Positions 1-9,230 of a stretch of 64,000 nt of DNA are shown in pieces. Under the pieces are notes generated by a model that saw only the letters and a program-made list of their open reading frames with translations, ran no database searches and had not been told where the DNA came from. Source of the DNA: an uncultured Actinomycetes bacterium (GTDB lineage Bacteria; Actinomycetota; Acidimicrobiia; Acidimicrobiales; JACCXE01); NCBI GenBank assembly GCA_963718605.1, contig OY970363.1, positions 1,795,239-1,859,238 on the forward strand. Reading direction: 5' to 3'. Numbering within the stretch: position 1 is the stretch's first letter; the number at the start of each line of letters is the position of its first letter. The translations under genes were made by a program, and so were the position numbers.

Positions 1-122
1 GCCGATGTGCACCACGTAGTCGGGGTCCATGATCGAATCGCACACCGACTGGTCGTGAGAGTTCGTGTAGTCGATGCAGTACTTGCGCATGAGCGCAACG
101 AAGGGGTGCATGGGAACTCCGG

Positions 123-1373
123 TCAGCTCTCGACGAACTCGGCGAGCATCGGCTCGACCCTGAGATCCGCGGGAACGTCGTCACCCAGATAGCGGTCGAT
201 CGTCTCGTGCAGGTGGTAGATCCGTCGCTCCTGGTAGCCGAGGCGCACCTGGTTCAGTCCACCGCGGTCGATCGAGCGCTGCATGCCTGGCAGCACGGAT
301 AAGTCCTCGAGCAGCACCGCCTGGTTGATGTCGGCGAACGTGCGGTTGAGCGTGGCGTTGTCGTCGGTGTCCGACGCGAGCGACGAGCAGAAGTGCACGT
401 GGTAGCTGGAACGGTTCGGCGCGAGCGGCCAGTTCGTGATGAAGAACAAGAAGCCCTTCCCCGAGAACACGACGCTCAGGTTCGGGAACACGTGGAACGA
501 GAACGTGCCCGCGTCAGGCAGGTCGCCGACGCCGTCGAACAGCGGGGTGAAGGGGAGCAGGTCGCTGATCGAGCGACCCTCCTGCGTGGTGATGAGCATG
601 CGCGAGTGCCCGTGGCTCAGGAGCTGAATGGCGGTGGCCGCCTGGTTCAGGATCTTCGCAGCAGAGTCCCGGTGCACGGTGTTGACGTGGTACGTCTCGA
701 TATTCGCGTCGACCGGCAACTTCCAGTTGACGTCGACGTCCTGACTGGAGTGGTTTACGAGGTGCAGCCGCCCGGCGAGGTCGGCGAGCTCGCTCAGATC
801 GTCGCCGACCGGACCGAGGAAGTCGGCGAGCGGCTCGGCGTTGTCGTCGAGGTTGATGAACACGAGCGGGCCCCACGTCTCGCACCGAACGGCGCGCAGC
901 GCGAGACAGTCGCGGTCCATCTCGGCCGGGAAGTTGTGTGCCTCGGGATAGCCCACGAGCGCGCCGTCGAGGTCGTAGACCCACGAGTGGTACGGGCACG
1001 TGAGCCGCCGGCCGGCGTTGCCGCTCGCGTCGACGAGGAGCTCAGCGCCGCGGTGTTGGCACGTGTTGTAGAACGCGCGCACTTCGTTGTCGGCGCCTCG
1101 CATCAGCATCACCGGTTCGGGGATCTGGTCGACCAGCCGAAAGTCGCCGGGCTCGGGGAGCTCGTCTAGGTGGCCGACCATCAGCCACGCCCGTCCGAAC
1201 ACCGCCGCGTGCTCGAGTTCGGCGAAGGCGGCGTCGGAATAGCGCGCCGCCGGCACGCCGGGCAGCGCGGGGAAGGTGCTGGGGTGCTCGCGGCGGGCGG
1301 CTTCGTCCGCCGCCTGGAGCTTCACCGCGTCGATCCGCGTTGTGCTCATCACCATCGGATGCTGCCCTCCCAC
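123..1373 (-). CDS. Rieske [2Fe-2S] ring-hydroxylating oxygenase, alpha (large) subunit
   Basis: 416-aa ORF. Rieske ligands are present as CQHRG...CPYHSWVYD (C-x-H ... C-x2-H). A mononuclear-iron region ETYHVNTVH lies in the C-terminal catalytic half. Confidence 0.85.
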   Translation of the reverse strand: MGGQHPMVMSTTRIDAVKLQAADEAARREHPSTFPALPGVPAARYSDAAFAELEHAAVFGRAWLMVGHLDELPEPGDFRLVDQIPEPVMLMRGADNEVRAFYNTCQHRGAELLVDASGNAGRRLTCPYHSWVYDLDGALVGYPEAHNFPAEMDRDCLALRAVRCETWGPLVFINLDDNAEPLADFLGPVGDDLSELADLAGRLHLVNHSSQDVDVNWKLPVDANIETYHVNTVHRDSAAKILNQAATAIQLLSHGHSRMLITTQEGRSISDLLPFTPLFDGVGDLPDAGTFSFHVFPNLSVVFSGKGFLFFITNWPLAPNRSSYHVHFCSSLASDTDDNATLNRTFADINQAVLLEDLSVLPGMQRSIDRGGLNQVRLGYQERRIYHLHETIDRYLGDDVPADLRVEPMLAEFVES

Positions 1374-1441
1374 AGATAAATGAATCGCTATACATATACC
1401 TCGCGGTTGAGCGCCTTGCCAAGAACGATGTGAGGAGAACG

Positions 1442-2215
1442 ATGAGCAGGACCACTGTGGTGACGGGAGCGGCGTCGGGGATCGGTGCCGCCACGGTCGC
1501 GGTACTCGAAGCGCGCGGCGACCGCGTGGTCGGCGTCGACGTGCGAGACGCGGAGGTCGTCGCCGACCTGTCGAGCCCCGCGGGACGCGACGCCATGGTC
1601 GAGCAGGTCACCGCTCTCACGCACGGCCGGGTGGACGGCGTGATCGCCAACGCGGGCGTGCTGGGTGACGACTCCGGCGCGATCGTGCGGGTCAACTACT
1701 TCGGCGCGGTGGCCACCCTCGCCGGTCTACGGCCGTTGCTCGCATCGAGCGATGCGCCGCGGGCGGCGGTGACAACCTCGACCGCGCTCCTCGGCAACTA
1801 CGACGACGATCTCGTCGCGCTTTGCCTCGCCGGTGCCGAGGCCGACGCGATTGCCGCGGCCGAGGGCGGCGTGCATCCGGTGCGGGCGTACGCGTCCACC
1901 AAGCGCGCGCTCGCTCGGTGGCTCCGCCTCGCCAGCGTGTCGGCGGAGTGGGCGGGCGCCGGCATCGCGCTCAACGCGCTAGCGCCGGGCGTGGTCCGCA
2001 CCGCGATGACCGAAGAGTTGCTCGCGGACGCGGCCACCTCGGACCTGCTGCTCGCGATTGTGCCGATGCCCTTGGGCGGGGTCGCGTCACCGGACGCCAT
2101 CGCGGCCCTGCTCGCGTTCTTGACCAGCGCGGAGTTCGCCGCGGTGACGGGCCAGGTCGTGTTCGCCGACGGTGGCGGCGAATGCAGCCAGCGCGGCGAC
2201 GACGTGTGGGGTTAG
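1442..2215 (+). CDS. short-chain dehydrogenase/reductase (SDR)
   Basis: ATG at 1442 is preceded by aggaga. It has the TGAASGIGAA dinucleotide-binding motif and a YASTK (YxxxK) catalytic motif. The ORF-track start at 1340 lies in AT-rich promoter-like DNA, so I rejected it. Confidence 0.8.
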   Translation: MSRTTVVTGAASGIGAATVAVLEARGDRVVGVDVRDAEVVADLSSPAGRDAMVEQVTALTHGRVDGVIANAGVLGDDSGAIVRVNYFGAVATLAGLRPLLASSDAPRAAVTTSTALLGNYDDDLVALCLAGAEADAIAAAEGGVHPVRAYASTKRALARWLRLASVSAEWAGAGIALNALAPGVVRTAMTEELLADAATSDLLLAIVPMPLGGVASPDAIAALLAFLTSAEFAAVTGQVVFADGGGECSQRGDDVWG

Positions 2216-2823
2216 GGGCCCGCGGGAACGAGCACGTCCACCAGCTCCGCGATCCGCCGGGCCAGGTCAGCGCGCTTCGCGGGTACCGCCGACAGGTCGT
2301 CGAGGTGGCACAGCCCGAGCAGCAGCATGAACAGCGCCTTCACGGTGGCGTCGGGGGCGCGGTCGCCCTTCGGCAGAACCGCGCGTAGGGCGGTGGCCCA
2401 GGCGTCGTGCCATTCCGCCAGCAGCGCGGCGAGCTTGGGGTCGCGGTTGCTGGCGAGGTGTAGCTCAGCGAGCAGCCGGCGGGTCTGGGCGAGCTCGGGC
2501 TGGAGGTACGCGTTGGCGATGAGCTGCGCGGCACCGGCTCCGGCACCGGCGGGCAACACGTCGGTCACCCGTTCCAGCCCGCGGCGACCCGCGGCGTAGA
2601 GCAGCTCTTCGCGGCTGTCGTGGTAGTTGTAAATGGCCGCGGGCGTAAGCCCGGCCCGCCGCGCGATCTGGCTCACGGTGGCGCCGTCGAAGCCGAATTC
2701 CGCGCAGGTCGCGGCGGCGGCATCGAGCAGGCGCTCGCGCGTCTCTTCGCCATCGGCGTTTACCGGGCGGCCGCGCCGAGCGCGCGGTGGCGGCGAGGTG
2801 GGCGGTCGCGAGGTCGACGGCAC
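2212..2823 (-). CDS. TetR family transcriptional regulator
   Basis: N-terminal HTH TVSQIARRAGLTPAAIYNYHDSREELL. It is divergent from the ABC operon and overlaps the SDR stop by 4 nt. Confidence 0.85.
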   Translation of the reverse strand: MPSTSRPPTSPPPRARRGRPVNADGEETRERLLDAAAATCAEFGFDGATVSQIARRAGLTPAAIYNYHDSREELLYAAGRRGLERVTDVLPAGAGAGAAQLIANAYLQPELAQTRRLLAELHLASNRDPKLAALLAEWHDAWATALRAVLPKGDRAPDATVKALFMLLLGLCHLDDLSAVPAKRADLARRIAELVDVLVPAGP

Positions 2824-2846
2824 GCTCGAACGCTAACCGGTTGCAT

Positions 2847-3635
2847 ATGAACGCTGCATCATTTATGTTCGCCGAGCGGCACGACTCCGGGGGGAACTTG
2901 GCCACTGCACCGACGAAGGCGACCCTGCTCGAACTTGACGAGATCCATTTCTCGTACGGCTCGGTCCCGGTGCTGTTCGGCGTCTCGTTCGCGGTGCAGC
3001 AAGGGGAGGTCCTCGGCCTGCTCGGCACCAACGGTGCCGGTAAGTCCACGGTCCTACGCGTTCTGTCCGGCCTCGACGCCCCTTCCTCGGGCACCGTGAC
3101 CTTCGATGGCGAGGACGTCACCGGGACTCCGGCCGAGGTGTTGTGTCGACGCGGGATCTCGCTTGTCATGGGCGGCAAGGCAGTCTTTCCCGACCTCAGC
3201 GTGCGCGAGAACCTTGAGCTCGGCGGGTTCACGGTCGGCGCGGAGTTTGCGGACCGGATGGAACGCGAGCTCGACCGGTTCCCACAGCTGCGAGCGCGGC
3301 TCGGCAACGCGGCGGGCACGCTCTCGGGCGGCGAACAGCAACAACTCGCGATTGCCAAAGCGCTGCTCGTGAACCCACGCCTGCTGTGCATCGACGAGCT
3401 GTCCCTTGGCCTGGCGCCGGCGATCGTGGGTGAGCTCCTGGCGACGCTCCGCGACGTCAACGCGGATGGCGTGACGTGCGTGCTGGTCGAGCAGTCACTC
3501 AACCTGGCCGCGGAGGTATGCGGCCGCGCCGTGTTCCTCGAGAAGGGACAAGTGCGGTTCGAGGGAGACCCCCGCGAACTACTCGAGCGCGGCGACCTCG
3601 CCCGGGCCGTGTTCCTTGGTGGTGACAAAAGATGA
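2847..3635 (+). CDS. branched-chain-amino-acid-type ABC transporter ATP-binding protein (LivF-like)
   Basis: Walker A GTNGAGKST, signature LSGGEQQ, Walker B LLCIDE. The start is ATG 2847, with ATG 2865 as an alternative. The 3' end overlaps the next gene by 4 nt. Confidence 0.85.
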   Translation: MNAASFMFAERHDSGGNLATAPTKATLLELDEIHFSYGSVPVLFGVSFAVQQGEVLGLLGTNGAGKSTVLRVLSGLDAPSSGTVTFDGEDVTGTPAEVLCRRGISLVMGGKAVFPDLSVRENLELGGFTVGAEFADRMERELDRFPQLRARLGNAAGTLSGGEQQQLAIAKALLVNPRLLCIDELSLGLAPAIVGELLATLRDVNADGVTCVLVEQSLNLAAEVCGRAVFLEKGQVRFEGDPRELLERGDLARAVFLGGDKR

Positions 3636-6460
3636 GAAACCTGCCCGTCGTCGTGCTCCTGGGCGTCGCGAGCGGGTTGCAGATCGGGCTCCTCGCGATC
3701 GGCCTCGTGCTCGTCTTCCGGGCCAACCGCTTTATCAACCTCGCCCAGGGACAGATGGGGTCCATCGCCAGCGCCTCGCTGGCCGTGCTGGTGTTCCGCT
3801 TCGACGCCCCCTACTGGGTCGCCCTGCCCGTCGCGCTCGTGCTCGGCGCGGCCACCGGCGCCCTCGTCGAACGGCTCCTCATGTGGCGGCTGTTCGACAA
3901 GTCGCGCCTCGTTCTGCTCGTCGCGACCATCGGCATTTCGCAGATTGTTCTGCTGGTCGTGCTCGCGGGGCCCTTAAAGCCCGACGCGGCGCGCCTGACA
4001 ACCGATGGCTTTCCGCAACCCTTCAAGATGCACTGGCGGGTCGGCAGCGCGGTGCTCACGTCGAGCCAGATTCTCACGCTGATCGTGGCGCCGATCATCG
4101 CGATCGCGCTCACCCAGCTGCTCGCCCGCACCCAGATGGGTCGCGCCATTCGCGGCGCGGCGTCAAACCCGGACGCGGCGCGCCTGTCGGGCATCTCGGT
4201 GCGGCGCGTGTCGCTCATCGTGTGGACGCTGGCCGGGCTCCTCTCGTCGATCGGCGCCGTGCTCTACGCGCCCACGCAACCAGCGGTCGGGTTCACCGAC
4301 AGCGGGCCGGGTTTGCTGCTGCGTGGCCTCGCCGCCGCGCTGATTGCCGGGCTGTTCGACTTCAGGATCGCGGTGTTGGCTGGCGTCGCGATCGGCATCG
4401 TCGAGCAGGCGACGATCTTCTACACCGACGTCCCCGGTCTTACCGACGTGGTGCTCGCGCTCGTGCTGGCCGGCGCGCTGTTGTTGCGTTGGCGGGCGTT
4501 GGCCGACGCGAGCAGGGCCAATGACACGCTCGTTGTCGAGCGCTCGGTCGAGACGCTGCCCGAGGCAGTGCGCGACCGGTTCGTGGTGCGCCACGCGGGC
4601 CGGCTCGGCTGGCTCGCGCTGCTCGGGCTGGTCGCGGCGGCACCGCTGTTGCCGGGTCTGCAGACCCAGGAGCGGGCGGTGTTCCTGGTATTCATGGTCG
4701 CCTTCGCGATCACTGGCCTCGGCATCACGCTGCTCACGGGCTGGGCGGGGCAGGTGTCGCTCGGCTCGTTCGCCTTTCTTGGGGTTGGCGCCTACACGGC
4801 CACGCTTACCGACGGCCTCGGCCTGCCGGCGATGCTCCTGCTGTCGGGTCTGGCCGCGGCGGTAGCGAGCGTGCTCGTCGGCTCGGTCGCCATCCGGTCT
4901 CGCGGGCTGTTCCTAGGTGTGGTGACGCTGGCCTTTGCCTTCGCGGCCCGCAGCTGGCTCTTCCGTCAAGGCGTGTTCACCGACGACGCGTCGGCGATCG
5001 TCAGCATCCGCGCGCCGCACCTCTTCGGTCTTCGCATCACCACGGTGCGCGGCGTGTACCCCGTAGCCGTCGCGGTGCTCGGGCTGACGGTCCTGTCGTT
5101 GCGGTCCGTCCGCAACAGCTCGGTCGGTCGTGCGATCGTCGCCTCGCGGGACAACCCGGCGCTGGCCACGTCCCACGGCCTGCCCCCCGTGCGGGCCCGG
5201 CTCGCCGCGCTCGCGATCGCGGGATTCGTTACGGGGATGGCCGGCGCGCTGTGGGGGCTGGCCGCGGGCAGCTTCAGCTTCAGCGCGTTCGACCCGTCGA
5301 TGTCGTTCGTTCTGCTGTCGCTCGTCATCGTCGGCGGGCTCGGCACCCTCCACGGTCCGATCCTCGGCACGATCGCGGTGTTCGCCTGGCCCTTTCTCGT
5401 GCACGATGCGAACACGCTGCCGATCCGCTCGTTCACGTCCGGTGCGTTGCTCCTGCTCACCCTGCTGTTCGTACCGGGCGGACTGGCCTCCGTCCTGGAG
5501 GACGCGCGCCGAGCGGTGGTGTCGCGCCTCGCTCGCGTCGGCGGAACCGACCCCCCAGGTTTTCGTGATGCTGGGTTCGCTATAGCGAACCCAGCATCAC
5601 AAGAACCCGTACTGACGTCCGATCCGGATCGGCGGGTTGCGACGGACTCGCTCATCGTGCGCGGCGTGGGCGTGCGCTTCGGCGGCATCACCGCACTCGA
5701 CGACGTCGACCTCGAGGTGCGCCCGGGCGAGATCGTGGGCCTCATCGGCGCGAACGGTGCGGGCAAGAGCACGCTGCTCGACGTCATCTCTGGTCACCGG
5801 CTGGCCGCGAGCGGTTCGGTCATGTTGGCGGGCGACGACGTCACTGCGCTCGGCCCGGAGGCCCGGCCCCATCGTGGGCTCAGCCGGACGTTCCAAGACG
5901 CCCGCCTCTATCCGGGCCTCACCGTGCTCGAGACGGTCATGGCCGCCGCCGACGCGGCGAGCCCGGGCGGCGTGGTGTCGGCCATGACGGGCAGTCCATG
6001 GCTGCGCATGAGTGAGCGCGAAAAGCTCGCGCGGGCCGAGTCCGTGCTCGAGGACTTCGGCCTCGCCGACCGCGCCGGCACGCTCGTGGGCGAACTGTCC
6101 ACCGGAATGCGCAAGGTGTGCGACCTCGCCACCGTCGTCGCCGCCAGCCCGACCATCGTGCTGCTCGACGAGCCCACTGCGGGGCTCGCGCAGCGCGAGG
6201 CCGAAGCGTTCGCTCCGCTTTTGCGAGACCTGCGCGACCGCCACGGCGCCTCCGTGCTCGTGGTCGAACACGACATGCCGCTGTTGATGTCGCTCTGCGA
6301 TCGCATCTACTGCCTGGAGTCCGGCCAGGTGATCGCCCACGGGTCACCCGCGGAAGTACGCGATGACCCGCGGGTGGTGTCGAGCTACCTCGGCGTCGAC
6401 CGCGTCGCGGTGGACCGATCGGGCCGCGCGCGCCCGCGTGCATCGAAGGTGCGCAGCTGA
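3632..6460 (+). CDS. fused Liv-type ABC transporter: LivH-like permease + LivM-like permease + LivG-like ATPase in one 942-aa polypeptide
   Basis: Two consecutive polytopic permease halves span roughly aa 1-290 and 300-640. A cytoplasmic ATPase follows, with Walker A GANGAGKST and Walker B IVLLDEP. There is no in-frame stop between the modules. Confidence 0.85.
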   Translation: MRNLPVVVLLGVASGLQIGLLAIGLVLVFRANRFINLAQGQMGSIASASLAVLVFRFDAPYWVALPVALVLGAATGALVERLLMWRLFDKSRLVLLVATIGISQIVLLVVLAGPLKPDAARLTTDGFPQPFKMHWRVGSAVLTSSQILTLIVAPIIAIALTQLLARTQMGRAIRGAASNPDAARLSGISVRRVSLIVWTLAGLLSSIGAVLYAPTQPAVGFTDSGPGLLLRGLAAALIAGLFDFRIAVLAGVAIGIVEQATIFYTDVPGLTDVVLALVLAGALLLRWRALADASRANDTLVVERSVETLPEAVRDRFVVRHAGRLGWLALLGLVAAAPLLPGLQTQERAVFLVFMVAFAITGLGITLLTGWAGQVSLGSFAFLGVGAYTATLTDGLGLPAMLLLSGLAAAVASVLVGSVAIRSRGLFLGVVTLAFAFAARSWLFRQGVFTDDASAIVSIRAPHLFGLRITTVRGVYPVAVAVLGLTVLSLRSVRNSSVGRAIVASRDNPALATSHGLPPVRARLAALAIAGFVTGMAGALWGLAAGSFSFSAFDPSMSFVLLSLVIVGGLGTLHGPILGTIAVFAWPFLVHDANTLPIRSFTSGALLLLTLLFVPGGLASVLEDARRAVVSRLARVGGTDPPGFRDAGFAIANPASQEPVLTSDPDRRVATDSLIVRGVGVRFGGITALDDVDLEVRPGEIVGLIGANGAGKSTLLDVISGHRLAASGSVMLAGDDVTALGPEARPHRGLSRTFQDARLYPGLTVLETVMAAADAASPGGVVSAMTGSPWLRMSEREKLARAESVLEDFGLADRAGTLVGELSTGMRKVCDLATVVAASPTIVLLDEPTAGLAQREAEAFAPLLRDLRDRHGASVLVVEHDMPLLMSLCDRIYCLESGQVIAHGSPAEVRDDPRVVSSYLGVDRVAVDRSGRARPRASKVRS
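5565..5600. repeat. 36-bp perfect palindrome inside the fused ABC gene, at the permease/ATPase junction
   Basis: The sequence is gtgatgctgggttcgcta|tagcgaacccagcatcac, with 18-nt arms, no mismatch and no spacer. It encodes DAGFAIANPAS on both strands. Confidence 0.9.
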
Positions 6461-7983
6461 TGGCCCTGCCACAACTACGGCAGTGGGCGACGCGGGCCTC
6501 GACCTACGAGCGCACCGTCACCGCGCTCGCGCTCGCCGCCATCGTCGCGGTGCTGGCGGCCTCGATTGCCGTGCGGCCCGACGCGTTTGTGGACGGGCGC
6601 GCCGCCGCGAGCGACGGCCCTCCTTCGGCTTCGGCCTCGTCTCCCGTGGACGGTGACGCATCCTCGACCGACTCGTCCACCAACGGTCCCGGCGCGAGCG
6701 GCGCGGCGCCGGGCGTTACGGCGAAGGGCGGCCGCCCCGGGGGCGGCGGTGGACCCGCGGGCGGCGGACTTGCGGAGCGGGTCGCGTCGGATCGCGGCGT
6801 CACCAAGGACGCGATAACCGTCGGCTTCCTCCTCCAGAACCCGGCGGGGCTCAGCAGCACCGGCTTCTCCACCGGCCAGCGCGACGACGGCGACAAATAC
6901 GTCCAGGCACTCGCAGCGTGGGCGAGTGCGAACGGCGGCGTCAACGGTCGGCGCATCAATCCGGTGCTGCGCCCCACCGATCCGACCAGCGTCGAGGACC
7001 AAGCGGCCGCGTGCCGGGCGATGGTCGACGATCACAAGGCGTTCGCGGTGGTCGACGTGGCCGCGATGCTCGACACGGCGTCGCTCGACTGCCTCACGAA
7101 CAGCCACAAGGGCGACACCCCGCTCGTGCACTCGGTGATGTGGTCGCGCGACTGGCAACGACGATCGGGCGGAAACGAGGTCAGCTATCAGGCCGCCATC
7201 GACCGCATCAGCGTGACGTGGGCCCGCGACCTCGGCGCCATGCGCTGGTTCCCGAAGGGCGCCACGGTCGGCATCCTCGGCGACAAGTGTCCCGCCACCG
7301 AACCCACCATCGAGCGCGTGCTCAAGCCGGCGCTTCTGGCCCAGGGCGCCGGAAACGTCGTCATCGGAAGCCACGACTGCAACATCAGCGCCGTCGTCGG
7401 CGACCCGCCGAACATCGCCACACGGTTCCGGCTGGAAGGTGTCACGCACCTACTCATCGTCAGCAACTTCGCGGCCGCCCAGATCTTCATGAGCACGGCC
7501 AAGAGCCAGAACTACTTCCCGAAGTACTCGGCGTCGGACTGGTTCCTCAACACCAGCGACGCCACCACCACCGGCTTCCCGCCCGACGAGTTCGACGGCG
7601 CGGTCGGCATCGCCTCGGTCGGATCCAACCTGCGTCCGTCGGGTCAGGCCGCCTATGACGGATGGCAGCAGTGCTCGAAGATCGCGACCGACGCGGGGCT
7701 GGCTCCGATCCCGCCCGACAACGGCAGTTCAGCCGAACTGCTCGCGCTGTGCGACAACTTCCTCCTCTTCCTCGACGCCGTTCGCGCCGCCGGCATCAAC
7801 CCGACCCGCGCCGGCTGGCGCACCGCGGTCACACAATTGGGCACGCGTTCGAGCGCGGTCTTCGGACCCAGCCGCTTCGCCCCTGACAAGCTCACGGGCT
7901 CCGACGTCGTCCACACGATCATCTGGCGGCGCGAGTGCAGCTGCTGGCGTTCCGTCAGCGGCTTGCGTCCCGCCGCCGCATGA
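6460..7983 (+). CDS. ABC transporter substrate-binding protein (Leu/Ile/Val-binding-protein-like), membrane anchored
   Basis: It has an N-terminal TM anchor (TALALAAIVAVLAASIAV), then a Gly/Pro/Ser-rich linker, then a roughly 380-aa periplasmic-binding-protein-like body. Its start abuts the upstream stop (tgatg) and its stop overlaps the P450 start. The family assignment is by context and general composition only. Confidence 0.65.
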   Translation: MALPQLRQWATRASTYERTVTALALAAIVAVLAASIAVRPDAFVDGRAAASDGPPSASASSPVDGDASSTDSSTNGPGASGAAPGVTAKGGRPGGGGGPAGGGLAERVASDRGVTKDAITVGFLLQNPAGLSSTGFSTGQRDDGDKYVQALAAWASANGGVNGRRINPVLRPTDPTSVEDQAAACRAMVDDHKAFAVVDVAAMLDTASLDCLTNSHKGDTPLVHSVMWSRDWQRRSGGNEVSYQAAIDRISVTWARDLGAMRWFPKGATVGILGDKCPATEPTIERVLKPALLAQGAGNVVIGSHDCNISAVVGDPPNIATRFRLEGVTHLLIVSNFAAAQIFMSTAKSQNYFPKYSASDWFLNTSDATTTGFPPDEFDGAVGIASVGSNLRPSGQAAYDGWQQCSKIATDAGLAPIPPDNGSSAELLALCDNFLLFLDAVRAAGINPTRAGWRTAVTQLGTRSSAVFGPSRFAPDKLTGSDVVHTIIWRRECSCWRSVSGLRPAAA

Positions 7984-9227
7984 CCTCCACCACCCCAAGG
8001 AGTCCCATCGTGGACATCGCTTACGACCCCTTCGACGCCGCGCCCGCCGATGTGTACGGCCTGTACGAACAGCTACGGGCGCACGCGCCCGTCTACTGGG
8101 CTGCGAAGACCGAGACGTTCGTGTTCTCGCGCCACTCGGACGTCGCCTGGGCGCTGGGCGAGCCGAGCCTGTTCTCGTCGGACGCGATGCGCGGCGTGCT
8201 CATGGGGCAACCCACCGGGCATGGCCTCGAGCGACTTCCGCGCGAGGAAGCCCAGGGGATGCTCGTGTCGGTCGACCCGCCCGAATACAGCGAACTCCGT
8301 CGGATCGTGAACCGCGGGTTCACGCCACGGCGCATGCAGGAATGGGTCGCGCACATGGATGGCGTGGTGCAGGAGCTTCTGGCCCGGGCCGAGCCGGGCG
8401 CGCTGTTCGACGTGATCGGCGGCCTGGCCGCCCCGCTACCCGTCCGCGTGATCTGCGAGCTCGTCGGCGCGGACCCGGCCGAGGCCGATGATTTCCGGCG
8501 CTTCGCCGACGCGCTGACCAGCGTGATGAGCGGCAGCGCGCGGGAGAGCGGCTTGGGCGACGACGCGATGCTCGCCATGCTGCAGCTCTCGCAAAACCTC
8601 GGCGAACGCATCGATGCGCGGCAACTCGAGCCGAAGGAGGACTTGCTCACCGCGTTGGTGACGGCCCAGGACGAGGCCGTCTTGACGCGCGCCGAAGCGA
8701 TCGGCTTCGCCGCGCTGCTGCTGTTTGCCGGCACGGAGACCACGACGAATCTCATCGGGAACGTGGTGCACGCGCTGCGCACTTACCCCGACGAGCTCGA
8801 TCGCCTACGCGCCGATGGCACCCGCGCCCCCGCGGTGGTGGAAGAGACCCTGCGCTGGGAGTCGCCCGTGCAGTACGTGTTCCGTCGCACGACCCAACCC
8901 GTTACGCGCCACGGCGTGGAACTTCCCGTCGACAGCACGGTCACCCTGCTGCTCGGCTCAGCCAACCGCGATCCTCTGCGGTGGGGCGACGACGCCGACG
9001 TGTTCAACCCTGACCGCGAAACCGCCGGTCACGTGGCGCTCGGCTTCGGACCGCATTTCTGTCTCGGTGCGGCACTGGCCCGAGCCGAAACGCTGAGTTG
9101 TCTCCGCTACCTCGTGCCCAAGTTGAGCGCCGCGTCATGGCCCCCCGCCGATACCGGTCCGGACTGGGTCGACGCCATGCAGTTCCGCGGCCGCCACTCG
9201 CTGCCGATTTATCTCGCGGCGAGCTGA
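7980..9227 (+). CDS. cytochrome P450
   Basis: Heme-thiolate loop FGFGPHFCLGAALAR, I-helix AGTETT and K-helix EETLRW. ATG 7980 overlaps the upstream stop (ATGA). Confidence 0.9.
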   Translation: MTSTTPRSPIVDIAYDPFDAAPADVYGLYEQLRAHAPVYWAAKTETFVFSRHSDVAWALGEPSLFSSDAMRGVLMGQPTGHGLERLPREEAQGMLVSVDPPEYSELRRIVNRGFTPRRMQEWVAHMDGVVQELLARAEPGALFDVIGGLAAPLPVRVICELVGADPAEADDFRRFADALTSVMSGSARESGLGDDAMLAMLQLSQNLGERIDARQLEPKEDLLTALVTAQDEAVLTRAEAIGFAALLLFAGTETTTNLIGNVVHALRTYPDELDRLRADGTRAPAVVEETLRWESPVQYVFRRTTQPVTRHGVELPVDSTVTLLLGSANRDPLRWGDDADVFNPDRETAGHVALGFGPHFCLGAALARAETLSCLRYLVPKLSAASWPPADTGPDWVDAMQFRGRHSLPIYLAAS

Positions 9228-9230
9228 GCG

